Counted from the first letter of the whole stretch, positions 38,831 through 52,117 are shown. The stretch: DNA of 63,532 bases, filler included, from Phoronis australis (GCA_002633005.1; 7 parts of 7 records of this genome joined end to end with filler, not necessarily neighbours in it), one strand, 5' to 3'. Numbers and translations: made by a program. The notes: generated from the letters alone by a model not told the origin.

Positions 38831-39989
38831 GTGTTTTGATAAACTGAAAGAAGTGGCCACAACCAATCCCTAATTACCGTAATGACATAGCAGATTACAT
38901 CACATAATGTGAAAATGCAACCCTCCCTCAAAAAATTGAATCGAACAAGGAAAAAACATGCTAACATGGCCATCAGCTCTTCCAAACTGGATCAATAGAT
39001 TTGACACCATGTTATCTGATGCATAGGAATGCTTTCCTAAAATGATACCTGCAAAAAGAAACCACTTGAGCAAGAATGAAGTTCATGATGGACAAACAGG
39101 ACTGAGGTCACCGTAATGTTCCACAAAATCAAATGTTTGGTCAACTTGACTACATTATAATCACGATACAACTAATGTCTACTTATCCATATGTGTACAA
39201 TGTATAATTGGAATCACCAGTCTTAGATTGCTAGCAATTAGCTAATTTCATGAGGAAATGGTAGCTATACATACTAATTAGTTTGATTAAAGTATGATCT
39301 GGTTTTAATTAACAAACTGTGGCATGCTTTGATCTCAATATTTGTCTGACACAGAACAACAACAGATTCAAACAGGCAGATAATTATTATTTCAGTATAA
39401 AATGATTACGTGGAAAATTAAAAAATAAAATGGACTGTATTTATTCACTAAGATGACCAAAAATACTCCAGATTTTTTCTCAGATGATGAACTGTCAATT
39501 TCACATAAAAAAGGTGAAGCTTCCAAAACCTACGGCGCTCGCATATATCTGAGTACTGCAAAGTCAGAGTTTCAGTGGAACCATGCTTTTTGAGGCAGAA
39601 AAATACATTTTGACTCTTGTGTGTCTGATATGAATGTAACTCCTGGGTTTTACCATTTTGACAAACAATAAGCAAAAATATGCTTACGGAATTAAAATCA
39701 AGTTCTAACCGTAGAATATAAAATTTAAAAATTGAACGTTACTAAAATTGTGCCTTAGTACTAGATCACACTTCTCATTTTTTCAATGGCCACAGAGCTT
39801 GTTTAGCATACAGTTCTGGGAGTCCCTGAGCTGATTACATTGTGCAATGCTTACAATATCTTAAATTACTGGTTGGTACAAGTCATATTGATGTTAGTGC
39901 TGGCTTATAGCACAGAAATGCACAAGCTGATTTTCACAGATCTACAGAAAAGCAAAAATACTGTCATTAAATCAAAAATATAGTTAGTT

Positions 39990-40460
39990 TATGTAGGACC
40001 ATGTTGACGGGCCCGCAGATTTAGCCAAATGTCTACAAAACAGTAGATTTTAACTCAGAAAAAGTGTATATTTTCTGAAAGACAGTAGAACTTAATTTTT
40101 GACCATTTATCCATCTATTTATTTAATTGGGTCACATGATCTTGTCTTAAAAGTATTTTTTAGCAAAAAGAAAGGTACATTGACAGCAAAACAATGACAT
40201 CAAAAACATGATCAAATTTGATTTCATATTTAAGATGAAATCTAAAAACACTATTACAATTTAATACATTCGATTTTCGTTTCATGTAACTTTAAAGTTG
40301 TTAAATATCCCCTCAGTCTAAAATGAAACATTTTGAAAACAATTCCTAATACCATTTTGGAGAAAATTGAACAAAGCATGAATCTCAACAGCCATTTCTG
40401 AGATGTGATATTCCGAAGTTTGCCAAATTTGGACATTTTTCTAGGGCCCTATATAACCTA
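39990..40460. mobile_element. Fragment of an old dispersed DNA-transposon-like family
   Basis: Reverse-complement similarity to ~59450-59962; partial similarity to ~52897-53030 and ~7225-7300. Confidence 0.55.
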
Positions 40461-42146
40461 AGAAACAAGGTCATCAGTACTTTCACACAGACCCATTTCA
40501 GCCATCACTCGAGTAAGTGAAATCATGGAAAACTTTGACAATGAAATCCCTGAGAATCCGTTAACAGTTTCTGCGACTTGGGCATATCAAAAGCTAAAAT
40601 GTTTGTTCAAACATAAAAATGATATCATTGAAACACGGGAAAACACATTTTAGGATTATTAACAAGCCTGACTAATGGACCGTGCCCCAGATAACATCGA
40701 TTGTTTTATTGCCATCAAAGACAAAGTAAACCAAAGTGATCTGAATCTAATTACCTTGAGACATTTCCAGGCAGAATGATCTGGCGTTAAGTGACAAAAA
40801 TCGATAACAAATTATCACCAAGTTCCGCAATAAAATTATCGAAATTCCCAAAACTGCTAACACTTACTTCTGAGAACATTTTTCTAGGCTCCTTCATGAT
40901 CCATTTAACAACAACATGATTAAAATATCAAGAAATTAAAATTTAATAAATTTCCTGTAAAACAGGGTCTTTTCGGTAATATTTTAATGTATGAGAATAT
41001 ACAGTCGCTGAATGAGATGAAATTGCAAGGTGGCAGCATCTGAAAATGTAGAAATGTAATTTCATCACGCAAAATAACTCTTCTCTCAAACCAAACATAA
41101 AAACAATTCTCATTTATTCTGAATTCTTAAGGAGATGTACTACCCTAGAGGTGCTAACAAGATAACTCAGTGTTAGGCATTCATATTAAATCATAAAATA
41201 TAAAAGTTTCAAAAACAAGGACAAAGAAAGAAACCTGGCAGAAAATTGAAAGAAGACTTTCTTAACAATGAACATTCAAAAATAATTTAAGCATCAAATG
41301 TGTTCTTAGCAACTTAATGATTCAGAAAGTACTCTGACCAATTTTCAAAATAAACCAGACAACTGTCTGACAAATTTGCAGGAACTTCTTGCCAAACTTA
41401 TTTGGCACTCAGGACGAACCTTATAAAAATCCATCTGAGGGCATTTTCTTACAATTTTGATAAGATTTTTATGTGAAATTGTGTACTTAGCAGCTAATTG
41501 TTTATTGTTTAAATGAGTTTGCAAGATAATTTGTCACAACTTTGACAATAGAGTGTGGATCACCTCTTCTCAAGATTTTCACAAGATTTAGCTCGAATTG
41601 CAACTACTTTTTCTAATCGAAAAGAAATGGATATTTCATCAAAGTTTTGTATCTCCAATCATCATCGAATGTCGACAATATCAAGTTAATTTTGAAAACT
41701 ACTGTAATACGGCGAATTGAATGAGTTGTGAAAGAAGCATCAAATGGGAACGCACTTTGAATAAAGCTGTGATTCACTGGAGACCACTGTAATTGCAATA
41801 CGTAATTCCATGGAAAAATCGATTTGACTGGAGGCTGATGTCTAGCTGGCAAGACTCCCAGTCTGGAAAAGCAGTAACTTGGCTTGTTTTGAAAGCGCAA
41901 CTTAATTTCATGCTCACAGTCTTAACCATAGACAAACCATGTTAGAACTACCAGGTAAACATCAGCTCCTTTGTAAGATTCAAATCTGCAATTCCAATTA
42001 TTTTTAAGCATTTTTTAACACACTGATACATGACACTTTCAAGGTTCAAATGGTTAACTTCACCAAGTTTACAATGAACCAAATGTGCCTATGCTTTCCA
42101 ACTTTACACAGCAAGTATTTCTAAAAATTTATCATCTGGGAGCGGA

Positions 42147-42312
42147 CTCTTCAATCTCATCAATCTTCAATCTCATCACTCTTCACTCTTCAATCTCACC
42201 ACTCTTCAATCTCACCACTCTTCAATCTCACCACTCTTCAATCTCACCACTCTTCAATCTCATCACTCTTCAATCTCATCACTCTTCAATCTCATCACTC
42301 TTCAATTTCATC
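42147..42312. repeat. 16-bp minisatellite (CTCTTCAATCTCAYCA), about 10 copies
   Basis: Directly visible. Confidence 0.95.
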
Positions 42313-43314
42313 GTATCTACATACACCCTGCAATGCACAGCTATGTCATCTGAGTCACTTTGCCAGATACCAGAAACAGATCCCTTTATCTGACAAAGAC
42401 GACATTGTGTAAAGTCACAAGAGTGGGACAACCCAGTGTACATTGGCCAGTAATGTCAAGTTCATTATTGCTACGGTTCCTGGGAATGGTGACACAGTCT
42501 TCAAAGAACATGAAAAGAGACGACCATCACGTGAGCGAACCTCTGGCGCCAAACAGGCAAAGCAGGTCGTCATGCAATGGTTTCGTCAAATTCGTGCAGA
42601 GAACATCTTGAGGTAAAACCTAGCGCAAAATTCAAATAAATTTGTCACAAAACTGAAAGACAATTTCAATACTAGCTTAGGTGGCTAGATCTGTACATGA
42701 TTCAAACCACTGTTAAGTGTGTTTGGCCAGGTATGAAGGAGTATCATGCTTGGGATACACTCAATGCCGACAAACAACCCCCAAAAAGGTGTGCATATTA
42801 AAGATTATCCATGACAAGGAGCTAAGCAGTCTAACAAAAGACGTACAGTGTTCTTATTCCTTGATTGAATTTGCCCAATGGAAAGGGTAAATTGCCCCCT
42901 CCCCCACCATCAATCATGAATACACTCAATCACTCAGGTGGTGACCACTCTACTAGTATTTGTGTGCATGCAAGGTCCTACCAAGCTTCCTCACGTAGCA
43001 GTGGGCTTTCACTCACGTGATTTTCCAGTCTTGCATGATCTTCCAACAATGATAAATGTCCACAAGATTCATATTTGATATCTTCCCTGCTCCCACACCA
43101 CATCTTCCCCTCCAAACCACATCATCATCTCCACACCACAACTTCCTCTCCACACATCTTCCCCTCCACACCATATATTCCCCTCCCACACCNNNNNNNN
43201 NNNNNNNNNNNNNNNNNNNNNNNNNNNNNNNNNNNNTTAATTAATTAANNNNNNNNNNNNNNNNNNNNNNNNNNNNNNNNNNNNNNNNNNNNCCCCCCCC
43301 CCAACTTGTACTTC

Positions 43315-43572
43315 TTAGGCTTCCCTGCTAGTTAGTGCCTGTCGGTGTTTTTGTGACTGCCCTTCGCATAAGAATTTTAGCCCCCAAAATGTATGCGAGT
43401 CGCTCTCCTTGGAGTAACAATCAGTCAGTTGAGCAGGCAGAACAATACTCATTCTCTCCTGCTCTTTACTGAGGACTGAGGAGACATAACAAGGTTTTTT
43501 GACTCTTGTGCTCTTACACATTCTAACATCATCATTCTCACTGAGATATTTTATCTCATTGATCGTACCCGT
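43315..43572 (-). CDS. Possible terminal exon of an unidentified gene
   Basis: TTTTGCAG acceptor followed by an 85-codon open frame to TAA; no homology recognised. Confidence 0.25.
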   Translation of the reverse strand, partial: TGTINEIKYLSENDDVRMCKSTRVKKPCYVSSVLSKEQERMSIVLPAQLTDCYSKESDSHTFWGLKFLCEGQSQKHRQALTSREA

Positions 43573-44193
43573 CTGCAAAAATTGTGAAAGTTATTTGCAA
43601 GACCAGCACGTTGTCAACTCATTAAGTGCACATAATGCTTACATTGAAAACGCTGCGTAGAAAGCTACTAGGTCGGACTATTATTGTGAGTGGTTATATC
43701 ATTCTAGACGGTAAGATCTCCACTACATTGTGTAAAATCTGCCGTGAAGCTTCTTGATGTCAGTGTAGCTCCGTAGGCCTAAACCAACCATTCATGTGCG
43801 CTCTCAACCCCATCACTTCAAACATTTAGTTTTTAAGTGCCAATGCTCAGTTTAAGACCCACCTCCTGACTTTGAATTCCCCACTTAAAGCATGTTAAAT
43901 GTTATCTGAACTTGAACAAGTACACTAAACAATGATAAACTTGGGCAAAACAACAAATACATATGAGTGATGTGCATGTACACACACGTCAGCAATATCT
44001 CCTGAAATTTCTGATGTTGCCATAAAGAGCAGTCAGTGCAATAAGTCTTTGCATTTTACTGAACATTGATAATTTGTGCCCATTAATCATTATTAAGTCA
44101 ATTCATTTGTAATATGTTCTTTGTTGATGCTACGTTGAATGATGTGTTTGTTCATTGTCTAAATTTTGCTTCGTCAACTTGATTGTTCTTCAG

Positions 44194-44356
44194 ATGTCAA
44201 CACCACATCCTATCAAGAATCGCAAGAAGAATAAACCAGCGGCTACATCAACGGCAACAACAACAACAGTCAAGAAAGTGAAGCCACTAGTCAAGTCTTG
44301 GAGTGTTCCTGAGAACTTGAATCAGTCTGTGTTGTTAAACCAATCTGCTGCTAGTG
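44194..44356 (+). CDS. Possible exon of an unidentified gene (MSTPHPIKNRKKNK...)
   Basis: TTCTTCAG acceptor, GTATGT donor, open frame; no homology recognised. Confidence 0.3.
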
Positions 44357-44435
44357 GTATGTGCAACTTTGTGCCCAAATAACACACCTTTGTAGACAAA
44401 TTGAATGTACTGAGCTTTATCATGTTGGTGAGAAC

Positions 44436-46673
44436 CAGGGCCCTCAATCCCACGAAATTGGGGCCGAATATCGGCACCATTCCCCTCTCAAAAATATTTT
44501 AAAATCACACAAAATTCCCCTCATCAAGTCAAAAAATTCGCCCCTGAATGATCAAAAATTCGCCTCGTGGTTTTAGCCTCAGACAACCTCAAATATATCG
44601 TATTCAAACCAACCCAAATGCCACATAAAGAAGTGCAAGGACTCTCATGTATTGAAAACACATAACTTAAAGAAGACTTCCGTGTGTCTGCGGCTCAAAA
44701 TGGTGCACAAGCAAGTTGTATAAGTGGATAATTACGAAAAGTCATGCAGCGGACAGACCTGTGTACCATACGCAAATAATGCGGATTCAGAACGCAAGTT
44801 CGCACGGCCAGGCAAAAATATGCAAATTTAGCAAATTCAGAAGAGATTATTAATTCGCTTGTTTCTCAATAAATACGCCGATTTGTTGTCGAAATGGACG
44901 AGGAAGAAGATTTTGAAGTTAGAATTTTTTAAAAATATTGTAAAATCATTATTTTAGCCAAAAAGTTGAGCTACAAACTCGGAAAACTTGCTTCGTTTGA
45001 TTCCCGAAATAGCCCGATAATCGGCCAATCGCAAGGCCTCTTCTATCAGTATGTGTGTCACAGGCCTAACCTATAAGCAACGACTTCTGTGATTTATGGA
45101 TTGCTTACTTCATCTAATTCCGGCTATTTACGGCTAAATACGTACTGTTGACAAAATGGCAAAGCATGAGTGGTCACATATTACGAACTGTGAAGAAAGT
45201 AGCTTCTGAAAGATGGGAACATCTGTTTTTGTCACGTTATTCCAAAGAATGACAATGTCTTATTCATGGGACCGTAGAATTTATAATGCAAGTTGTATAG
45301 CATGTTGTTTTTTGCGGACATGGTGACTGCACTGACTTCGTAGCATGTTGAGCTGACGATAATACTCGAGCCACAGTCAAGCCTCGAGCCTCAAGGTCTT
45401 TTCGCATGCAGTACGGTGGTACGTGTTCACAGATACTTGCAATGAATAATTATTCAAAACTTTTGTGAATGGTTAAGAAAATATCGTCTGGTGCAAAACA
45501 TTGTCCAGTGCAGATTCAGCAACACATTTTTGCAGATATGTTTTTGTGTTAAGAAATGAGGTGTACATTAGGCATGTATTAACATAACTAAGTTCAGTAA
45601 GGACATTTTCTATTGATTAACAAGATCTTTTCACTATGTGCGTTGTCCCTCAACTAAACAACTTAAATTATTCTGAAAATTGGTAATCAATTCACTACAT
45701 GTATTTTAGAAACTGTTTCATTTAAGAGGCAAGTAAGTAGGAAAAGTACCCATTCGCGTAGCCAGGGGGACTTGAACGAGTCCCCAATTTGGCAAAGTGG
45801 GCAAAAAGGGTCCTGAGAGAAACCAAAACTCCGAGAAAACAGACAAAAGTCCACTAAAGAGGCAAAACTTCGGCGAAAGCTCTGAACACTGAGCAAACCT
45901 GTTGTTTTATTTTATTTTTTAGTTAGTGAAAGGTCAATTGCGAAATATTCATGACCCCCCCCCCCCTATNAAATCTACAAATCTGGTGTTCAGAGTATTC
46001 CAATGCAGTTTTGGTGGTACACAGGTTTGGGCAGACTATAGAAACAAGCAAGGAAGTGTCTTTTTACAGATGAACTTGCTGCGTGCTCCTCTCAGCAGCA
46101 GTCTCTTGCAGACCACATTTGAACACCTAGCCCATCACGATTATTCTGTGGGGTCAACAACTCTGTTAGCTAAGAACAGCTAAGCATTGCTCTTCATGTC
46201 TGAAGTGGAAGAAGTACTGAATGGCTAAATTTGAGGATGTGTGACACTATACACTGTTGGAAGATGAAACATTGTTTAGCTAAACCTTTATTGTGGCAGC
46301 ATTGATTGTGGTACAAGACAGAGACCTGTTCCATACAAACATTACTTCTCTCTTAGGTGTTGGTAGTGCTGGCATATTTAGTTTTGAAAGTTTTTTCCCC
46401 CGACGTTTCCTAATAACTCCATAGATCTGTGCTTGTGCAAAAATGCACCATTGTCTTGGTGCAACCTTCATAAGCCAAGCTGTGTGACAATGTTAATACA
46501 TGTTTTTATTGTTTTACTTAAGGTTGATGCTTGCTTATTTGCGGAAGCATAAAATAGTAATAAGCAGTACAGTAAATAAACATCTCAAAAATTACCCTCT
46601 AAGTGAAAAACGACGCAGAAATTCCCCTTTTAGAAGGTACAGGCACCTTTCCCTCAGATGAGTGAGGGCCCTG
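44436..46673. mobile_element. Non-autonomous hAT-like DNA transposon with 5-bp TSD
   Basis: TIRs CAGGGCCCTCA / TGAGGGCCCTG; AGAAC on both sides (44431-44435, 46674-46678); subterminal ATTCCCC motifs. Confidence 0.8.
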
Positions 46674-47150
46674 AGAACTGACATGAACAAATGCTTGTAA
46701 GTTAACAGTTGTTTGAAATACTTGCCTCTGTAATATGTAGAGTTTTTACACCAATGTGCTTCAGGCAAAAGTCTATATGGAGGATCTGTGAGGTCTGAAC
46801 ACTCACTTTTTGTCATCAGACATTTTTGTATTCACAGAGTAACACAAAGCACTCCCGTGTTTGTCTATTACCAGATTTGACAATTGTATTACTATGAACC
46901 TGACATCGAATGACTACCACTTCCAGACAGATCCGAGTACTAGTGTGCTCCCAGTGTCTATTTTAATTGTTTTACTTTTTGCCTGTGTAGCTTCAGAGTT
47001 CCTTGATGATGGCTTTCCTGTGACAGTTGTTGCATCTGCGGCTGTATCTCTTTAGAAACTCTTGCAGGATTTTTGTGAACAATGCCTTGATGGATTTTCA
47101 AGAGATTTTGACAAATAAGATGCTATTAAGGAGATGATGAAGCATTCCCA

Positions 47151-48890
47151 TTTTTATGCACCCACATATTTATATGTGGATGCATTATGCTGTCATCTGC
47201 ACCCGTCCGTCCTGGTGGCGTCCGTCCGGCGTCCGCTGCTCTATCTCCAAAACCGATTGACATATGTTCATGAATTTTTGCACATGTGTTCCTTTTGTAG
47301 ATGGGACGGCATGAGTGAACTTGCGGACGGATCCGACTACCGGTATGCCCCCTAATGGCAATTTTAGTTTTTTACGTTTACCTCTGTATCTTCAAAGGTC
47401 CTCATCGTATTTTCATAAAATTTGGTATATAGGCATCTATTAGTGAAACGATGGTATCCTCCCGTTTTCGGGTGGATTGGACATAGTTTATACCACCTGG
47501 TGGCCATTTTTACTGTTTTCGAGTCTGTTTTTGACGTCCACCCCTCTATCAACCAAACCGCTTTTAAGCATGATTGTGAAAATTGGCATGTATGTTCTTA
47601 CTATGAGGAGGACGGTAAACAATGGTTTTCCGACTACTCTGACTACTGTGGCGCCTCCTCGTGGCAGTTTTTTTTGCGCCTATGGCTGTATATCCTAAAC
47701 TGTTTGCAGCATCTTTACTAAATTTAGTAAGTGCATTTATATGATGTTGATAGTGGATGACGACGACTTTCGGACAGATCTGACTACTGGTGTGCCACCT
47801 AGTGGCAGTTTTATTTTTTTTATGTTTACCTCTGTATCTTCTAAGGTCCTCAATGTAATTTCATAAAATTTGTTGTACAGGCGACGCTATATTTCTGTTT
47901 TCAGATGGATTCGACCTAGTTTGTGCCACCTAGTGGCCATTTTTACTGTTTCTGAGTCTGTTTTTTGGCGTCCACCCCTCTATCAACCAAACCGCTTTCA
48001 GGATAATTGTGAAAATTGGCATGTGTGTTTTTACTATGAAGTGGACAGCTGAGGATGATTTTTCGATGACTTCGATTAGTGTGGCACCTCCTAGTTGCAG
48101 TTTCTTTTTTGCACCCATGGCTGTATCTCCTAAACTGTTTGCAGGATCTTTACTAATTTTAAGAAGTGCGTTTATGATGTTGACAACGGACGACGGTGAT
48201 TTTGGGATAGATCTGACTACTGGTATGCCCTCTGGTGACAATTTTAGTTTTACGTTTACCTCTGTATTTTCAAAGGTCCTCAACAGATTTCATAAAATTT
48301 TGAATACGGGCATCTTTTGGTGAGATGACGCTATTCTCCCGTTTTCGGATGGAATCAAGGTACCTTGCGCCAGCTGATGGCCATTTTTGCTGTTTTCGTT
48401 TTTTGGTGTTTGCCTGTCTATCAACCAAATCATTCTAAGAATGGTTTTGAAAATTGGCGTATATGTGCTCAGTGTGAAGAGGACGGTTGATGATGACGAC
48501 TTTGACTACTCTGGCGCCACCTAGTGATAGTTTTGTTTTGCACCCATACCTGTATCTCCTAAACTCACAGCAGGATCTTTATTAAATTTTGTAAGTGTAT
48601 TTATATGAAGCTAACAACAGACAATGACGACTTTCAGGCGGATCCAACGAACACTGTGCCACCTAGTGGCAATTTCATTTTATTCTGTTTTCCTTTGTTT
48701 CTCTGAAGTTCCGTGACAGACTTCTATGAAATTTGGTGTATAGCTTTCTATTAAGGAAGCAATGACATGTTCCCGTTTTCAGATGAATTGTATGTTTTTG
48801 TGCCATCTAGTGGCCATTTTTATGACCCAAATAAGCAACCCTAAAAGCACACCATTTGCGATGCATTCGTGGGCGCATTTCAACGCTCCT
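47151..48890 (-). mobile_element. HINE-like element with 11 monomer anchors in a trimeric higher-order repeat
   Basis: Reverse complement of the 20351-21261 family; subterminal ATGCGCCCAC-type inverted repeat; anchors spaced ~130-160 bp apart. Confidence 0.8.
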
Positions 48891-50867
48891 GGATGAATTT
48901 GACCTATTGTAAGCCAGCTGGTGGCCTTTTCGTTATTTTTGATGTTGGCCTTTCAATTTGCCAAACCTCTAATATGATTGCCGTGTAAACTGGCATGTGT
49001 TCCTGTTGAGAAGAGCACGACTTTTGATAATTTTGGACAGGTCTGAGAACTGTGATACCACCTAGTTAGTGGCAGTTTTATTTTTTTTGCCTGTGGCTCA
49101 ATATCTACCCCTAATCCCTTTATGGGTCGCCATGAAATACAGTATGTATTCCTATTGAGGATAGTACAGCTGGCACCTATTATTGGGACGACTCTGACTA
49201 CTGTGGAGTGGAAACCTTGGTTTTCTTTGTGTTAATTTCAATATTTCTTAATTGGTACATGTTCATCAAATTGGGCGAATATGTTACTATTCTGGAGACG
49301 ATGACTCCTACCCTATTCAAGTTGGGTACACCAAAAAGCTGTGCCCCCTAGTGGTCTTTTATTATTTTTATGTCTTGTTCATCTTCCACCCCACTACATT
49401 GTCAAACTGCTTACAGGTGTGTTCATGTTGAGAGCCTTGCTGCCTTCTTTACACTCCCTGGAGTCTTGTGTGTTTTAACTAGTATTGCTTCTTTTGGTGC
49501 GAAGTACTGATCATCACTGTGTACAACTCACACAGCGGACACATATCGGCACTGTGTGTTGCAGTTGTTAGTAAAACCAATGTAAAAAATGTTTGCTTTC
49601 CCTTTTAATTCCATTTTAGTTAATAGTCAGTTGAGCTATTTGAGGTTCATGTCCTGCAAGGAACTATTTCCCTAAGAACTGTGCAATTCCTAGTAAATTG
49701 TTGTCCTTTGTAGGCAGTACATGTGATGATATGAGTCTTACTCAGGCCAAAAGGTGGAGTGCTGCTGAGGACATGGTTGGCAGGATGACTACGTTTTATG
49801 AGGTGGGTAGTGTAGAGCAATGTTTGGATCTAGTAGTGATGTTGTTAGTGGATGTTTATACATCCTGTTTCTTGTGTTGATCGGACCCTGAAGTCTTGTG
49901 TTTAAACACAAGTTTTGGGTTCGAGGTTAGCTTCATGTATTTTGTTATTGTTCCGCGTTAATGTTGATGTGAATTCGTCCAATGTGAAAACCCCACTATG
50001 TGTTCCTTATTGTCACNNNNNNNNNNNNNNNNNNNNNNNNNNNNNNNNNNNNNNNNNNNNTTAATTAATTAANNNNNNNNNNNNNNNNNNNNNNNNNNNN
50101 NNNNNNNNNNNNNNNNTTGCCGATTGTAGTGAGCGAATTTAACACGGTGACAGATACGCGAAGCGATTCGCTGAAGAATGCTGTCCTCGCTACCGTTAGC
50201 AACTGCTCATGTGATGTCATGGACATTTATCAGCCTTCACAAATATACATGTTTTTCCACTCTTAACCCGTGTTAGTCTCCGTAAGCAGAGTAAAACATT
50301 AAGTACCCAGCTTTAATTATTTTATTGCTTTGGCTTTACAAAACTTGATCGACCCTGGGACATTTTGATACATGGTTCAAGCTACCCTGGAGCGCGTGTT
50401 TGAGCAAATCTGAATGATGTATATTTTTGAGAAAAAAATACTGAAAATGCACAAAAAATGGATTAGTGAAATATGCTGTTTTTAAGATACATTTGAAAAA
50501 AGAAGCCACTCACTCACTGTTTATTTATTATCATATTGTGAATATCAACACGTCCGGGTACTCGTTTGACGTTCGTAAGAAGACGAACGCTGGAAACTTC
50601 AATGCTGGATGTCGTGGGACCGCGCAGAAGAGGAAATAAGATGGTTCACAACTTTAGGGCACTCACAACTTTAGGACCTCCGACGGTATTATCAACAGTC
50701 AAGCAACCTAAATATTAGACAGTGACCACCATCTCGATTCTAGCTCAGTAGCTGCAAGGTATGACACTCTCGAAAAGGAAATTCCACGGGTGCTTCACTT
50801 CAGCCGTTCATTTCAAATACAAAACTCAATAAATTTACACTTAAAACAAGGTTTCAACAAACCATTA

Positions 50868-51074
50868 CAGGGCTTGGAATTTTCCGCGTTTCCGCGGATT
50901 TCCTCTTTTTTCAAATGTTCTGTCCACGCATTTTATTACATTTCTGCGTAAAAAAAATCTGATTTGATATAAAATTTCCACGGCAAATTCCTTTCTTAGC
51001 GCGGCGTTGCTGACAACGTTCACCTCGAAAAGCGGAAGTTGCTCTTTATATTTCGGAGGAACGTAAATTGTCAA
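50868..51074. mobile_element. Left part of a CAGGGCTTGGAA-ended MITE, truncated at an N
   Basis: Similar to the left end of 58100-58542. Confidence 0.7.
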
Positions 51075-51543
51075 NGCGTCTGAACTGGTCAGGAAAAGAG
51101 CAATTTGTATTGTTCACAATACACCCACTGGCACTGAGCCAGGCTAAATTATAGTTCACTCCTGTGGGTTTTCTTCTGCATTCAGACCGACCCCATGCCA
51201 TGTTAAAATAAGTACCTGAGACAGTACCTTGCGTACAAAAGAGACAGTTACAGGCAAATTGACAGTCGTGGGTGCTTGCCATGTCTTCTGGTTAACCACC
51301 TGAGGCAATTCCTACAAGGCTAAAATCCCCATAGTTGGTGACATGTCCTGTGGGAGAGCCACTGGAAGTTCAATGGTTGGTTATAAAACTTAAACTGAGT
51401 AGGCCACTATTTTAACTGATGTACTGTTTGTGTTCCTTGTTACCATTTAACTTTTCACAAACATCAAATTCATTTCTGTTTGCATATTAGCGAATATCAA
51501 AGTTTGAACCTATTTTAGCTAACCAAAGATCAGTAATCACAAC

Positions 51544-51701
51544 ATGAATTACAAGGAAGCGCATGAACAGTTCGTGAGTAACCATGGTGGGACATCTGTT
51601 GGCGAGATTGCATTAGTCGTCTCTGTGGCTCCGATCACACTTCTACTCAGAAATGTTGTTCTGCACTCGGTATTTGCTCAGTCATTGGTGAAGAGGAAGT
51701 G
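51544..51701 (+). CDS. PIGW: GPI inositol acyltransferase PIG-W, first coding exon
   Basis: MNYKEAHEQFVSNHGGTSVGEI matches the PIG-W/Gwt1 N-terminus (KEAFVSNLNGTTVLEI); GTATGT donor in phase 2. Confidence 0.88.
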
Positions 51702-51890
51702 GTATGTATATCATCAGCTGATTCTGATCTTTTCTTTCTCATCACCTTAGTTATGTAAGCATTTCACTCTACTAATTTTTTCAGACCCCATGTATGAGCT
51801 TACTGTCTAAATATAGACCAAACCTGAGAGGCACCATATTTCTAAAATCTATTGGTCTGGTAATACATCAACCTCTAGCTTATTGACATT

Positions 51891-52117
51891 GGTACGTTTA
51901 ATGGTCGGTCATTCCTCCTGTCATCTTCAGGTATTAAACGTTTATAGACGAATGAGCTGGAGCATGTGGTACGCACATGGTGGTCAACCTGTTAATGGAA
52001 TTTGAACCATAGACGTTTTGGTTGTAAGTCCAGCGCTCTCACTTAAAGACCACTGTGTCTTTTAACTCTAAATCACCTGAAGATGATTGGTGAACTGACC
52101 AATTGAAACATGGTACC
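51891..52117 (-). mobile_element. Short tRNA-headed element bracketed by inverted hammerhead-like motifs
   Basis: Minus-strand A/B-box head at ~51990-52058; ACCTGAAGATGA on plus at 52075 and on minus at 51932. Confidence 0.5.

Noticed and set aside
47151-48890. CRISPR-like repeat-spacer array
   Set aside because: The sequence between anchors is itself repeated, the context is eukaryotic and there are no cas genes; it is a satellite.
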